DNA from: Octopus sinensis
Taxonomy: Eukaryota
Length of the DNA stretch: 64,000 nt
Direction: 5' to 3'
NCBI RefSeq assembly: GCF_006345805.1
Contig: NC_043013.1
Location: 31,372,001-31,436,000 of the forward strand
In this document: in pieces, positions 49,720 to 62,120 of the stretch
How positions within the stretch are numbered: position 1 is the stretch's first letter
How the letters are laid out: every line of letters starts with the position of its first letter
Position numbers and translations under genes: made by a program
The notes under the pieces: model-generated
Seen by the model: the letters and a program-made list of their open reading frames with translations, nothing else
The model's database searches: none
Told to the model about the DNA's origin: nothing

Positions 49720-51297
49720 CGTACTCCTTATTTTCTGAAGGTTTGCATTCATGAAAAATTTGCAACAATGTTGGAATATTGCAACACAAAATGACACCGT
49801 TGTTAGTTTACGAATTTTAAATTATGATGCATTTGTACAGAATTCCCTCATCGAAAGATTTTGATATAGTAATGAATCAAAATGTTTTTCTCGAAAGCTC
49901 TCACAGTAAATGAACCAATATATTTTGATAAATTCATATTTCAAATCATTTCCATATTTCTCGTTGCTTTTTTATATATTTGCTCGTGGAATACTTACTT
50001 GATACACATTTATAAAAACGTCTGTTTAGCATTGTATTCTTACTGAAATTTATATAAGAGACTTAGACTGAAATTTCGAAAAAAATATTTTCTGTATGAT
50101 TGAGGAGACAGAAAATAGGATATGAATAATTAACGTCGTATTGCGCATGAACTTAGATCAACGTGCTAGGAAATGCATCAATGTAGGATCCTGAAGCTGA
50201 CAGATTTTCCTTCAACCCCATTACCACCTTATATATGCATATTTTTGATAATGTAATTCGGGACCAATTAGTCTGAAGAATGAGTTAATAGAGAATGGTC
50301 GAATTTTCATCGCATTATGGTTACGAATATGCTTGATTACACAACTTAACTGCAAGATTTTCCTTATATAACCAATTCTGGGAAAGGTAAAACTATTAAA
50401 GAGCAAAGGGAACGTCATTTTCATCATTTCTCTATATAAATTCCATGTGACACAAATTAAAATACTGTCAAATGTAAGACAACTTCCAAACACAACAAAA
50501 GATAAGAAGAGGAATATGTATCTGAGAACTATCGATGAGAAAAAAACATGAGTTGAAAAGTTGATTTAAAATGTCAGCTGAATAATGACGATTAGAAATA
50601 TTTAGTCTAGAGCCGAAAATGTGCGAGTTGTAATCTGGCATATAAAGGAAGTGTTATGACATTTTAAATTTGATTAGGAACAACAAACATTTCGAAAGAA
50701 ATTAATCGAATATTAACTATTTAACGTTTCATGAATTATTACATCATTTTGCTGCGAGGTTTCACATTGTTCATGTCAATGAGCAACACGTATGTAGTAC
50801 TGGGAATATGTTGAGTGGCAACGCACTAATATTTTTGACAATTTCCGTAAAGATTCATTCGCATAATTGAAGTGAAATGCTAATAAGAGCGAAATAAAAT
50901 AATTTTGTTTGTTACATCGAGGCAAAGTTATGAGTTCCATGAAATATATATATATCATTATATATATTACGTTTTTCTTACAGCGTTAAGAGTTTTTTAC
51001 TCTTATTTCTAGCAATATAGAGGCTTCTGCACTCTCAGTCGCAATTGAAGGTGCTTATGGGATAGGCGAAACTACTTTAGTCTAATGAATCCTAATTACT
51101 TACCTCCAGTACAAATAAAAGGAAGAAAATATCATTGTTAACTACCTGTTGTTTTCTTGTAGCAAATAGGTATGTCAAATATTTGCTGTGTTATCTTGTT
51201 GAGGGACTGTCTATGGCAATTGAAATTGACTTATATTTATTTTTATTTTCTTTTGTATGTTAAATAAATTTATACTTGCGTGCAATGAATAATTATA

Positions 51298-51318
51298 TTT
51301 TGTTCTATTTTATTTCAG
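51298..51318 (+). promoter_or_regulatory. Probable 3' splice acceptor preceding the GPCR coding exon
   Basis: T-rich tract tttTGTTCTATTTTATTTCAG with AG at 51317-51318, 59 nt before the ATG. This fits a 5'-UTR intron. Confidence 0.6.
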
Positions 51319-51377
51319 AAAACTAACATAAAATGAAAATGATAAATTGATGGATTTTGAATAAGAGAGAATACACA

Positions 51378-52484
51378 ATGAATTGGTATGAGTCAACAGC
51401 GCCTAATCTATTCGTGAACAGCAGTGAGGAGACAGTATGGATGATTATGTATCACAACGACAGCAGCGGAAACTCGTTTGGCAATACGACGAATATAGAA
51501 AATAATTTTGCAGAAAGATTACTAAAGATAATTGTTCCAATTGTGTTCGGAGTAATCGTCACAGTTGGTTTCATCGGTAACCTTTTGGTTATCATCGTCA
51601 TTATTTCAAACAAAAGAATGGTGAATACCACAAATATCCTCATATTTAGTCTAGCCTTGGCTGATTTATGTTTTATCGTCTTTTGTGTGCCATTTACAGC
51701 AGCTAAATATGTAATACCTCGGTGGCCGTTTGGCAGAGTTTGGTGTAAAATAATGCAGTATTTGACATATGTGTGCGCTTACGCTAGTGTCTATACACTC
51801 GTGCTGATGTCATTCGACCGGTATCTAGCGGTGGTACACCCTATCAGGTCGATGACTATACGGACAGAAAAGAACTGTTTAATAATGGTAATAATTGTTT
51901 GGGTGATCATCTTGGCAGCAAATGCACCACTGTTAATCCAATTTGACCTTCTGGTCTACGTATATCACGGAGAACAACGTCAGTCATGCGTGAACACTGC
52001 TGCTTCCGAAGATCCAATGTTGAACATTATATTCTATGTTGCATTTTTTGTTGCAGGTTACGTCATCCCATTAACATTAGTATGCATTCTATATGGTTTC
52101 ATGCTTAGGCGCCTTCTCTTTGGAATAACCCCGCGCAATCAGTCAGCAGAAAGTATAAGATCAAAAAAGAGGGTCACACGTATGATAGTTATAGTTGTGA
52201 TTCTCTTTGCTATTTGCTGGTTGCCAATCCAAATTATATTCATGCTTCACAGTGCTGGAGTTTATGCCGCGAATGCCACAAACTTCTGGATTCATCTTAT
52301 AGCCAACTGCTTCGCATACGCCAATAGTTGTATGAATCCAATACTTTATGCCTTCTTATCCGATAATTTTAGGAAAAGTTTTCGAAAGCTTCTATGTTGC
52401 TCCTCTCCAGCGCTCAGTACGTACGACTATGAACGAACGCAAATACGGGGAAGTATGTCAACAAGAAAATCCGAAGCTGTATAA
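51378..52484 (+). CDS. AstA-R: Allatostatin-A / galanin-family neuropeptide receptor (class A GPCR; molluscan buccalin/AstA-type receptor candidate), single coding exon, 368 aa from the first ATG
   Basis: Seven hydrophobic segments with GNLLV, LALADL, CVPFTA, WPFGRVWCK, SVYTLVLMSFDRYLAVVHP, FAICWLP and NSCMNPILYAFLSDNFRKSF, matching insect AstA receptors as I recall them. N-terminal N-glycosylation sequons (NSS, NDS, NTT) and a C-terminal LCC. The ORF track starts at TTG 51357; the first in-frame ATG after the upstream stop is 51378 (A at -3). Stop TAA 52482-52484. Confidence 0.93.
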   Translation: MNWYESTAPNLFVNSSEETVWMIMYHNDSSGNSFGNTTNIENNFAERLLKIIVPIVFGVIVTVGFIGNLLVIIVIISNKRMVNTTNILIFSLALADLCFIVFCVPFTAAKYVIPRWPFGRVWCKIMQYLTYVCAYASVYTLVLMSFDRYLAVVHPIRSMTIRTEKNCLIMVIIVWVIILAANAPLLIQFDLLVYVYHGEQRQSCVNTAASEDPMLNIIFYVAFFVAGYVIPLTLVCILYGFMLRRLLFGITPRNQSAESIRSKKRVTRMIVIVVILFAICWLPIQIIFMLHSAGVYAANATNFWIHLIANCFAYANSCMNPILYAFLSDNFRKSFRKLLCCSSPALSTYDYERTQIRGSMSTRKSEAV

Positions 52485-52872
52485 AAAAAGCAGAATTTAC
52501 TGTAAAACATTACTCACTAACTGCGGTATAGTGAACTAGATGAGTAAATGATGATATAATTAGAGCTTTTTAGAAGCTAGTTCTAAATATACTTCTGCTA
52601 GCAGAAGAACGAATGTGTTTATATGTATGAATATAAGTGCAGTGTGTATATATGAGTGTGCATGGCATGTCCGATTTGTAACAATATTCTCTATAATCTA
52701 GCTAGAAGACATGAAAATGACAAACAAATGGGACGGTGATGGCTGGTTATTATTCTTTAAGAGGAAGAGTTTTGACAGGTGCTTTGACATTATGGTTAGC
52801 TATATCATCGGACACTCCGGCTTAGCTGACCAAAATTTTAAAGTCCCTCTCAATAATATTATTGCTAACTAT

Positions 52873-52878
52873 AATAAA
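52873..52878 (+). terminator. Candidate polyadenylation signal of the GPCR mRNA
   Basis: First AATAAA seen after the stop (about 390 nt downstream). AT-rich DNA makes chance hits likely. Confidence 0.25.
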
Positions 52879-53688
52879 TTTCTACTCCAGAAAATCATGG
52901 AGAAACACTCCAGATTAATGTGAAATTGTTTTTATTACAAATCACCATAGACTTTAAAATATTCATCTCAGTTTATATTGATTTCATGATTCTGTATTAT
53001 ATGAAATTACTTGTGTGTCATTTTAATATTATTGTACTTACATAATTACAAACTACATACAAACAAATTCGTATAAATTGTATCATATGATTACATTTAA
53101 ATATTTAGATATGTATATTGATGTGACATTTTTGAAACATAAGATAAGATTAAGTATGTACATATATCCTTACATATGTATGTAGGTATGTATTATGTAT
53201 GCAAAATATGTATATGTGTATATGTATGTGGGGGGGGCAGGGGCTTGTGGGGGAGATGCGTGTGTGTCTATACAGGTATGTGCGTAGAAGTTCGTACGTA
53301 TGCACATATGCATATACCGGTTTTGATTACCAGGTATATCTTTGTGCGATACTTATTAAACGTATATATAAAAATTCGGTGGTTCTCGCCCGCGCTACAT
53401 TTTCTTGTTGACGAAAAATCTCACCGACCGATAAGGATATTCGTCAGTTTAAAAACATACCCATATATATGTTTGTATGTATATTTATATATATATGAAT
53501 ATACAGTTATTTCCTAATATATATATATATATATATAATAATTATATATGTTCATATATTTATATATCTATATATGCCTCTGTGTGTATGTGTGTCATGA
53601 TTATTTACATTATGTAGGCATTTATATATTTGCAGTATGGAGATAGAGCCGCGTTTATGTTATTATGGTATCACTTGAATGTGATACC

Positions 53689-53722
<34 letters not shown>

Positions 53723-54734
53723 CGTGTGTGTGTGTTGGCCAATGAAAGAATTGTATCCCTGTTTTACAAGTATACATACATATATATATATATATATGCA
53801 CATTCTTCTGTATCTCTGCATATATTTGCCTATACATACATACGTACGGTTACTCATATATGTGGGTGAATGTGCTCATAAACGTTATCATCGCAAATAA
53901 TTTAATCATCTTCTGGCCCAGGCAGGTAAATGCCTGTTCTGGATAATCAAGTCTTCTGTACAATATTCGTGAGTTGTCTGCATCAAACGGTCTATCAACA
54001 TTTAAATTCATACGATGAATATCACATCTGCCATTGTTATGAATATTTCGTTCCATTTCTAGGTGCATACACTCTTTGCACTTATCGATTTATGTTATGT
54101 TTTTTTTATGTTGATGAAATAATACAGCTATTTGGGCATTAGTTAATTTTTACGGCTCGTAGTAATAATTATTGTTTACGGATTTTCGCTTTAGTGCATA
54201 TGTTGCACAATTTATTTTAACTTTCCGGTTTCCGTTTCCTACCAGTGTTGCATATTTTAGGTAAACTTCTCTTTTATTTCTTATTCATCAGTATCAATAC
54301 TGAACGAGTTAAATGAGATATGTTGAAGTTAGATTCTAAAGAAAGTCGGTAGGATATATTTAACGTCATACTGAATTAGGCAATTTTAGATTATGTTAAT
54401 CTAAAATCTATCGTTATAGGCAATGTAATATTTTCATACATAAATATTTAAATGAAAAATAAATATTGAAAATAGAATTAGAGATTTATAGCTGCGTTGA
54501 TTTTTGCTGTTCATGATTATATATATTCATGTTTATATGTATTTCATGAATTCATTTAAAATTTACAATGAAACTTAGTATAAATTAAAGAGTTGACAGA
54601 CGCTTGGTTAACGTTTGTGTATAAGAACTAATATTTGCATATATAAAAATTTTGTTATTTCCTAATATATACAAATACATAACACATATGTATCTATATC
54701 TATCTACTCATCTATATATATATGTATATATATA

Positions 54735-54785
<51 letters not shown>

Positions 54786-54875
54786 TATATATATATGTAT
54801 ATATATATTCATATATATGTATGTGTGTGTGTATATATATATAAATATATATATGTATATATATATATATTTATG

Positions 54876-54958
<83 letters not shown>

Positions 54959-55519
54959 GAAGTGTTGTATAGTCACCTTTCCCTTAAGCCAAATCACTTT
55001 GTAAGAAAATATTAAAGAATTCCAGCGAAATTATATTTCTTGACAACTTTGAGTTTATCTTTCTCTTTTAAAACGTGTAAATTTGTAAGATGGGATGTTC
55101 GATTACTTTTCTATTTCCGCGCTGTAGTAAATCATATTATTTATTGCTATTTGTATAATATTGTTACTCTTGAACTGTTTTAAACTTAGAAAGTCAGATA
55201 AATCCTGACCTCTAGTACGTGTCACTGTCTTTATGCGTTAATAGCAGATAGAAGATATATTGTGACTGTTTGTGTTTGACTTTCCTGTTGAGACACTTTT
55301 TAATTGGGTAACATGCTTAGGGGTTCTCATGTTATTTCTTTGGGAATGAAACAAATTTCGTTTAAATAATGTACACGACTTAAAACAAAACCAATAGAAA
55401 CGCGGCAGAAACGATGCGTGGTAATAATATATGAGTTTACAAATCTATTTTATTTTTCGATAAAGTATAATAATGTGGAAATACGAAATTATATAATTAT
55501 ATATAAATAAATGTATATT

Positions 55520-55586
<67 letters not shown>

Positions 55587-55666
55587 GGGTAGTCATGATG
55601 GGTATACTGGGCTTCGTATATTTTACCCTAGTGTCACTTTGATGATATGCACTGCTCTCTCACTCC
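55587..55666 (+). mobile_element. 80 bp 3' terminus of a retroelement embedded in (AAT)n
   Basis: GGGTAGTCATGATGG...GGGCTTC.TATATTT...AGTGTCA.TTTGA...ATGC.CTGCTC..TCACTC, homologous to 60861-60939. Confidence 0.7.
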
Positions 55667-55800
55667 ATAACAATAATAATAATAATAATGACTGACATAG
55701 CGATGTATACAGTGAGTTTCCTTGCCCTAGGTGTTCGGAAAACTCTCGACAAGAAATGGAAACAAAATTGAAAGAAGATAATAATAATAATGATAATAAA

Positions 55801-55878
<78 letters not shown>

Positions 55879-56074
55879 AACAACAACAACAAAAGCAACT
55901 ATTTCTAATCTAGGCAAAAAAACTAGAATTTAGTGAAAAGAGGCAGGCCATTATATCGATCCCGGTATTTGACCGATACTTTTATATCGACAAAAAAAAT
56001 GGTAAAATAAAATATCTGTCAAGTACTGAGGACGTTGTAATCGACTTACTCATTTCGTTAAATTCTGTGCGATG

Positions 56075-56375
56075 TGTCCTGAGTTGGTAGAATGCAGAAA
56101 TACTTCAAAGCATTTCTTCCGTTGTATTGTGTTAGTTAACAATTTTTCTGAGGTCAACTTTTCCTTGAGACTTTTCGTTGTCAATAAGATAAAGGATTTG
56201 TCAAGACATGGAATTGATAGTATCAACGAAATCTCCGATGTGAGATTCCAGGCTCTGCACCTATTTCAGAATGGATTATCGGCTTTTCTTCTTGCTTTAA
56301 ATTGTGAGTTGAAATGCTGCAAAGATCGACTTTGTCTTCATTATTGTTGGTGATCAAAAAATAAGTATCAGTCGG
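56075..56375 (+). mobile_element. Strongly decayed SINE(s) of the first family
   Basis: CTTTAAATTGTGAGTTGAAATGCTGCAAAGATCGACTTTGTCTT...AAAATAAGTATCAGT aligns with the SINE body. Confidence 0.5.
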
Positions 56376-56424
56376 GAAACTAGTATAATTATTATCATTA
56401 TCATTCTTTTTATTGTTGTTGTTG

Positions 56425-56495
<71 letters not shown>

Positions 56496-56909
56496 CATAA
56501 TAAGGATTTTAAAATTGTTATAACTGAGAATCGAGTTCACTCGAGGAAGGTATATGGATGATGAGCATAAATTGACTGGTAGCAAATTAGTCAACGCTTC
56601 AAACATGAAAATCTTTGTTAATTCAAGAAATGAATCGACTGAGAGTAATAATTTCGCAACTGAAATCAATTTTCTGATACACTATGAATTCCTGCAAAAT
56701 TAATGGAGAATATCCATATTATATAATTTTATTTACTTGACACCTGTTTCAAATAATTTTTATAACATATAATTTTTTTCTAAATATTAAAAGGAACTGA
56801 ATACTCTATCAATATATATTTTACTGTTGAATTTAACACAGCGATCATCTTTCGACTTTAAATGAAATATTCATCAAACATTTAAAACTGGTTATTTCAT
56901 ATCACTCTT

Positions 56910-57117
56910 AGGGCCAATTACCGGTTTCTGAGACCTGTTTATTTTTTCCTGGATTGGATGCCGGCCCATCACAGGAGTATACACTTTCACCAGGTGAGTG
57001 GACTAGGACAACAGCAAATGAAGTGTTTTACTCAAACCATAACGCATCGCCCGGTCCAGGAATCGAAAGCACAATCATAGATTCGTGAGTCCAGCTCCAC
57101 AATCACTAAGCCATGCT
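56910..57117 (-). mobile_element. Decayed tRNA-derived CORE-like SINE
   Basis: Minus strand GCATGGCTTAGTGATT (A box), TTTCGATTCC (B box), TTGAGTAAAACACTT (CORE-like). Confidence 0.65.
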
Positions 57118-57123
57118 CCACCA

Positions 57124-57208
57124 TCTCGTTCGTCTAATCACCGAAGTTAAGCAACGTCGAGCCTAGTCACTTCTGAGATGGATTACCGGAAACCTAGATG
57201 CTCTAAGC
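57124..57208 (+). pseudogene. 5S rRNA pseudogene or 5S-derived fragment lacking the 5' ~30 nt
   Basis: ATCACCGAAGTTAAGCAACGTCGAGCC (57137-57163) matches invertebrate 5S rRNA including box A, as I recall it. The flanks TCTCGT.. and ..GATGG..ACCG..GATGCT.TAAGC follow 5S loosely. Confidence 0.75.
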
Positions 57209-57569
57209 AAAATTTTAAAGGTACATGGCTTATATTGTAGACTTCAGTTTATTGCTAAAGCGAGGAAGAAAACATTCAATTAAAAGTAATGAGCACGAGA
57301 ATGACTATTTCTAATAGCAGTAAATTGATAGAGGGTACGACGTTGATGTCTTGCACAGAAAAGACAAAATATTTCCATTCCTATTAATAACAACCAAACT
57401 TAGTGCTTCAGACATGAATAAACCACAGACACTCATAAAGCATGTGATTATGAGCACCTAAAACGACAATTCAGAAATTATGTTTAGAAAATTCAGTCAT
57501 GATGAGAAGGTCAGTACGATGATGAAGATGAAGATAACGATGATGATCGTCTTCATTATACGAAAAATA

Positions 57570-57598
57570 TTAAAATATTAATAATACTACTGCTATTG

Positions 57599-57656
<58 letters not shown>

Positions 57657-57705
57657 CACTACTACTACAACTAGTAATAATGATGATAATAATAATAATA
57701 CTAAT

Positions 57706-57745
<40 letters not shown>

Positions 57746-57850
57746 TTAATAATAATATTAATAATAATAATAATAATTATTATTATTATTATTATCATTA
57801 TTATTATTTTTATTTTTATTATTATTATTATTATTATTATTAACATTATT
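57570..57850. repeat. Compound (ACT)n/(AAT)n/(ATT)n microsatellite
   Basis: Read directly from the sequence. Confidence 0.95.
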
Positions 57851-57856
57851 ATCATT

Positions 57857-57980
57857 ATTTCTACACTAGGCACAAGGCCCTGAAAATTTGCGGGGGAAGG
57901 GCGCGTAACTGGTAATTATTTCATCGACCCGAAAGGATGAAAGGCAAAGTCTACCTCGGCGGAATTTGAACTCAGAGCGT
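57857..57980 (-). mobile_element. First-family SINE, 5'-truncated reverse copy
   Basis: TCGACCCGAAAGGATGAAAGGCAAAGTCTACCTCGGCGGAATTTGAACTCAGAGCG. Confidence 0.85.
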
Positions 57981-58240
57981 AGCAGTAATGATGTTGATGA
58001 TGATGATGTTGAAGCTGGTAGTGGTGGTGGTAGTGGTGATGATGATGATGATGATGATGATGATGACAAAACTATTATACTACTAAAAATGATTCTACGT
58101 TACTTGTATTCAAGATCCATATCTTTAAACAAAGGTTTTGTACAAAAAAATTATAATAATCATTCATACGAGTGTAGTTCAACAACCTCATAGAAAACAT
58201 TAACACATTCAATATTGAAGATCATTGTTAAATAGAGCTG

Positions 58241-58350
58241 TCGGCTCGAGGTTGTAGCAGAATACACTTGTCCGCCCACATGCCATTCAGTGGGACTAAA
58301 CCCGGAACCATGTGGTTGGGAAGCAACTGGTTACCTCACAGCCACACACT
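58241..58350 (-). mobile_element. Second-family SINE head fragment
   Basis: ACACTTGTCC...GGGACTAAACCCGGAACCATGTGGTTGGGAAGCAA...ACAGCCAC. Confidence 0.75.
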
Positions 58351-59994
58351 CGCACATGTGAACGTGATGATGCTCACTGTTAAAACTAGACTCAAAATTC
58401 ACCACATCATCTCGAGAATTCCCATGTGTTCTTTGATAAAATGCTAGTTTGCTTTAATTAGGTGTTTGTGTTAACAATACTTTGCAGTATCTTATATCCT
58501 ACCCTTCATTTCAAATCTACACATCATGCGCTTCAGATAACATGTTTGCTGTTTAATTTTGATTAGAAAGATGTCTTACGACAGTGATTTGCATGGCGGT
58601 CCAAGATTCAATTAATTTTCCGTGGCTCATATCGCCTAGGTTTCATTGAGGATGGAAATTGCTCCTCTAGGACGTATTTAATGTTGTTTTTTTTGTAATT
58701 TTTGAATTTCGGCGACGGCCTTGCACACACTCTCTCCTCCATACCGTGTCACCTCGCAAGACATTAGGTTATGACTATTAGGAGCGTTATCTTGGGATCT
58801 TTCATTCTCATTTCATCGGCTCCGGGTGTTAAGTAACTGCTGCAGTGGTGCTCTGGAAGGAGCGGTTAACATATCTAATGTTGTTGCTGCGTCGACACAT
58901 TCTGTCCGTTTGCAGATCGTCAGAGAATAAATACTAACGTTACAGTTACGTCTGCACCGAGAGAAGCTTCTTATTCTGTTATTCTGCCCTGCAGCATAAT
59001 TGAATTTTCTACTTAAGTGTTTTGAGCGATAGATAATAGAAAATGTTAAGTTCAAAGGTTTAAACCTGAATCCGCCAGAAATCTGCGTGTGGCAACTTTC
59101 TTCACTGCCAGACGCACCAACAGTCGTAGCAGCGATAACAAGACGAACACAACAAACACTGTCGACCAGAACAAAACGACGAAAACGGCAACAACTACAG
59201 CGGCAACAATTAAAAAAGAAAAACAACGCAACGATACTATTGTTAATTTTTTTTCTACTGTAGGCACAAGGCCTAAAATTATAGGGCAGGCGTCTTGTCG
59301 ATTACATCTATTCCAATCGCATGCGGTACGTCTTTTATAAATTGTTGTATTTGCATTAAAATCGATCGACAGTATTTCGTATAGAACATCTGCAATATAA
59401 CTTGCAAGTTTTATATTTGCAACTAATATACGAAGTCACGAATCGTATAAAAATATTATAACACGACAGGTAACTGGTAATTAGTACAACAAAACAACAG
59501 AAAACATCAGAAAATCTGTTTTCCGTCTATGAATTTTAATACGGTACAATATACTATAGAATGAAATAATGGCTTATTTTAAGGAGAAAACTTCGAAAGT
59601 AAGAGTCAATAAAAATGGCAATATGGGCAATGAAGGCAATGAAAGATCGGAAGTAGAAAGACACACTCAATGCGAAAACAAACGGAGTTGTTTTCAAATA
59701 CATAAAGCATTTTTTGCAAATCAGGTGCCTAAGTGTAAGAAACATAGCTGTTGATGATGGTTTTTGATTGCTGAACAGTATCTAAATTTGTCAGACGAAA
59801 CTACGAAAATCATTATAAGTTGGATTAGAATAAAGTTAGTACCTGAAAATGAAAAATTACACTTATATCAAAGGCTATGTGGGAATGATAAAACCATAAA
59901 TAAATACCAACAACATCCAGGTATTCCCATTATATGTAAGTGCTGCAGAACTGTGTTCTATAGAGCAGGAAATAAATTCTAAAACAGCTACTGA

Positions 59995-60149
59995 GTAATA
60001 ATAATACAAATAATAACAATAATAATAATCATAATAATAACAACAACAACAATGATAATTATTTTTATTATCATTATTATCATTGTTATTTGTACCATTA
60101 TTATAATCATTATTAACTTTATGCTATCTTGTATTATTATTATTATTAC

Positions 60150-60207
<58 letters not shown>

Positions 60208-60395
60208 ATCATTATCATCATCATCATCATTAATAATAGTGATAATAACAATAATAATAATATTAATTATAATAATAAGTATAATAATAGGAACAGCAAC
60301 AACAACAACAGCAATATTAATTATAATAATAATAATAATAACAACAACAACAACAACAATAATAATAATAATGATAGCAACAACAATAATAATAA
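59995..60395. repeat. Compound (AAT)/(ATT)/(AAC)n microsatellite
   Basis: Read directly from the sequence. Confidence 0.95.
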
Positions 60396-60397
60396 TA

Positions 60398-60939
60398 TAC
60401 CCTTATCAGTACCAGCCCATGTCTCTAATGGAATTTGATCTTAATTAACTGGAAGTTTTATCATGTACATTGTTTTGTCTTGGTATAAAATATGGGCTGC
60501 AGCAAATGTTCTGCTAAATACCACAGATATGCTTTCAGTTGGTAGCGCTTAACCAGTTGAGCATCTCCCTTAGTGGCTGACAATATGTGCATCTTTGATG
60601 ACGAGCAGAAGTAGTGTGGGAACATCATAGCCTTGTGTTGAGAGGAATTCTTTGTGGCTTGAATAATTCACCACCGGAAACATGGCTGTTTTGTTCATCA
60701 ACCTTATGCAGGAATCTTTTGAGCTGGATGGGCTACTGCACCTGATTAAAATTCTAACTGGGGCCAAGTTCCAAGGTCATGCGCTGTTTATCATGATAAG
60801 CGATTACTATGTCACGCACATATTGTTGTAATGCTTGTGCCTAGTATACCTTTATCCGAAGGGTAGTCATGATGGTATATAGGGCTTCATATATTTGTAT
60901 TACAGTGTCATTTTGAAGGCATGCGCTGCTCCTTCACTC
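60398..60939 (+). mobile_element. ~540 bp non-coding 3' part of a retroelement between (AAT)n tracts
   Basis: Shares its last 80 bp with 55587-55666 and ends TCACTC(AAT)n. Confidence 0.65.
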
Positions 60940-61001
<62 letters not shown>

Positions 61002-61912
61002 AGTGTATCATAATAATAATAATAGCAACTGATTCAGTAAATGCGCAATAAATTTTATTTTTATGACAAATCAAAATGATTTTGAGCGTGCATCAGATAA
61101 TATCACTTAAAGAAATAGCAGATTGATGTATAATTCATGAAGTTCGGCAAGCACTAAAACCTAATTATTTAACATTTATTGAGTCAACAGGATCAGTTCT
61201 GATGAAATATCACATAGCAATTTTCACTTAAGTCTCTAAAATTAATTATGGATTCTATTGATGTGTTGAATAGGGAAACGGTAGTGAGAAAATATATTTG
61301 TAATATTTGTATAATGTTCTTTTCCTTTATAACAAATATGGTCCATCAAGCTAAACGTTCAAAAGTTGAAGCATTATCCAAGCCTCAATGCACCAACAAT
61401 TAAAAAGCAAAGCAAAACGTGAATATAACAAAAACAACCACCTAAAAACAAAGAACTATGCTCAAGAAAAAGTTCTCAAATATTGCTCAAGAATAATATC
61501 AACAATAACAGCAACAACAACAACAACCAAAGCAACAACAACAACAATAATAGTAATAATAATTTCTTTAACGACCAAAATGTGTCATTCGCAAAGGACA
61601 AAAACTGCGTGATGCTAGACAACAGACAACTTTATAAAATCCAAATGTTATACAGGGGCGTGAAAGTGTGTATAAATTTATTATTTAAAATATGTGAATG
61701 ACAAATACAGACACTCGCATGCGCACGCACTACCAAACACATAGATGAATAGATAGATAGTGTAATCACTTCAAAATCCTTGCTAGCTCTCGACATGTTT
61801 CAATTGAAGGCATAACACTGGGTGCTCCAGCTCGTTGTACAGATCTATCTTAAACTCACCTTTTATTTTGATTGCGACCTTTGTCTTCAAATATCCAATA
61901 TTTTGGGGGGTT

Positions 61913-62120
61913 AAGGCGGCGAGTTGGCAGAATCAGTACCACGCCTGAGAAAATGCTTAGTGGCATTTCGTCCGTCTTTACGTACTGCGTTCGACTTCCG
62001 CTGAGGTTGACTTCGCCTGCTATCTTTCGAGGTCGAGAAGATTAAGTACCAGTTAAATTCTAGAGTCAATGTAATCGACTTAATCCTTCTCGAATTCGCT
62101 GTGCCAAAATTTGAAACCAT
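61913..62120 (+). mobile_element. First-family SINE, single unit
   Basis: GGCGGCGAGTTGGCAGAATC...AAATGCTTAG...ATTAAGTACCAGTT. Confidence 0.8.

Noticed and set aside
51357-51377. TTG start and MNKREYT extension given by the ORF track
   Set aside because: A non-AUG start is not expected in a eukaryote; the ATG at 51378 has a good context.
58813-59226. 137 aa minus-strand ORF
   Set aside because: Starts in a low-complexity AAC-rich tract and has no recognisable domain or splice context.
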